From: Sulfurihydrogenibium sp.
GTDB taxonomy: Bacteria; Aquificota; Aquificia; Aquificales; Hydrogenothermaceae
Length of the DNA: 33,119 nt
Assembly: GCA_037442825.1 (NCBI GenBank)
Contig: JBBIPN010000005.1
Location: 1 to 33,119 of the forward strand
Direction of reading: 5' to 3'
Below, one piece after another: positions 32,450-33,119 of this stretch; the first letter of the stretch is position 1; each line of letters opens with the position of its first letter. The position numbers were made by a program, and so were the translations under genes. The notes under the pieces were generated by a model. That model worked only from the letters and a program-made list of their open reading frames with translations, was not told where the DNA came from and made no database searches.

Positions 32450-33068
32450 TATCTAAAAGTACAAGGATTTTTAACAGCTTAGATTAAACTAACTTTAATA
32501 TTATAAATTATAATCTAACATAGTATCATCAATATCAGCAAATTTTAATCTATATTTGCATGATTTTTTCAATTTTTTTAGTAATAGATATTATTGTGTA
32601 TATAAAAAATAAAATACAATATAAATCTTATTTAAAATAAATTAATTTTTTGCTTCTATGATGTATAAAAAACCTTGAAAAATAATGCTCTGATAAAAGT
32701 TATACTAATTTTAAAAAAGTAGTGTTTTATCAATAATTTAATAATCAAGTTGTTGTATTTCTTTGTTTTGATTAATCTAAAATTTGGAAATTGATTTAAA
32801 TATATGTTGTAAATATTGATAATACTTGATATAAATATGTATAAAATTGCGTATAAATATCAATATTTAAAAATTTTTTGATATTTTGACTTCTAAATAT
32901 CTCTGCTTTCTAATTGTTGATATTAAACGATTTGAAAGGATAAAATTTGTCAATTTTTGGTTAATAGTTGCTAACCTGAGGTTTCCGGAAAATATATTCA
33001 ATTTGCAGACTTTTTAATACCTCTTGACAAATTGAAAATCAATGTTTATAATTATATATAGATTTGAG
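32450..33068 (+). promoter_or_regulatory. AT-rich non-coding CRISPR leader region
   Basis: About 620 bp with no ORF in the track, very AT-rich, abutting the first repeat and carrying a consensus promoter. The upstream boundary is uncertain. Confidence 0.72.
33024..33052 (+). promoter_or_regulatory. Consensus sigma70 promoter for pre-crRNA
   Basis: TTGACA(33024-33029)-17 bp-TATAAT(33047-33052), 16 bp before the repeat. Confidence 0.88.
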
Positions 33069-33119
33069 GTTTCTAATGGACCTGGTGGAGTTGAAAGGTA
33101 TTAAATAAAGCAGACAATA
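33069..33119 (+). CRISPR. Start of a CRISPR array: first 29-bp repeat and partial first spacer
   Basis: GTTTCTAATGGACCTGGTGGAGTTGAAAG (33069-33097) has GTTT...TTGAAAG ends typical of Cas6-processed repeats and follows an AT-rich leader. Only one copy is visible because the window ends. Confidence 0.8.

Noticed and set aside
32450..33068. AT-rich region considered as oriC
   Set aside because: No TTATCCACA-type DnaA boxes were seen. The promoter plus repeat is better explained as a CRISPR leader.

Overview
This is an AT-rich chromosomal window made mostly of housekeeping genes. Gene content, the short EF-Ts and the CRISPR repeat type suggest a thermophilic Aquificota organism such as Hydrogenothermaceae (inference). 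It contains the 5' end of dnaE, a BCAM0308-like/radC/hypothetical operon, NYN-grpE-short dnaJ, and rpsB-tsf-pyrH-frr with an S2 pseudoknot leader. It continues with rimP-nusA-L7Ae-infB-queE, a PilZ gene, dprA, tRNA-Leu(TAA)-rpsO-pnp, an outer-membrane protein/PHP/PAP2 cluster and purF-DJ1-pepP-kdsA-lipoprotein-rlmD. The right part has a stand-alone sdhA/frdA and carA-CDF-usp-tyrA-prfB (prfB has no frameshift). The window ends in a roughly 620 bp AT-rich CRISPR leader with a perfect sigma70 promoter, followed by the first repeat and a partial spacer. No cas genes or mobile elements are visible. No complete novel system can be shown from this window. The best leads are the motif-rich CRISPR leader, a PHP gene that seems to need an ATA start, palindromic operators upstream of the OMP gene and frdA, and an LptM-motif-like lipoprotein next to kdsA.
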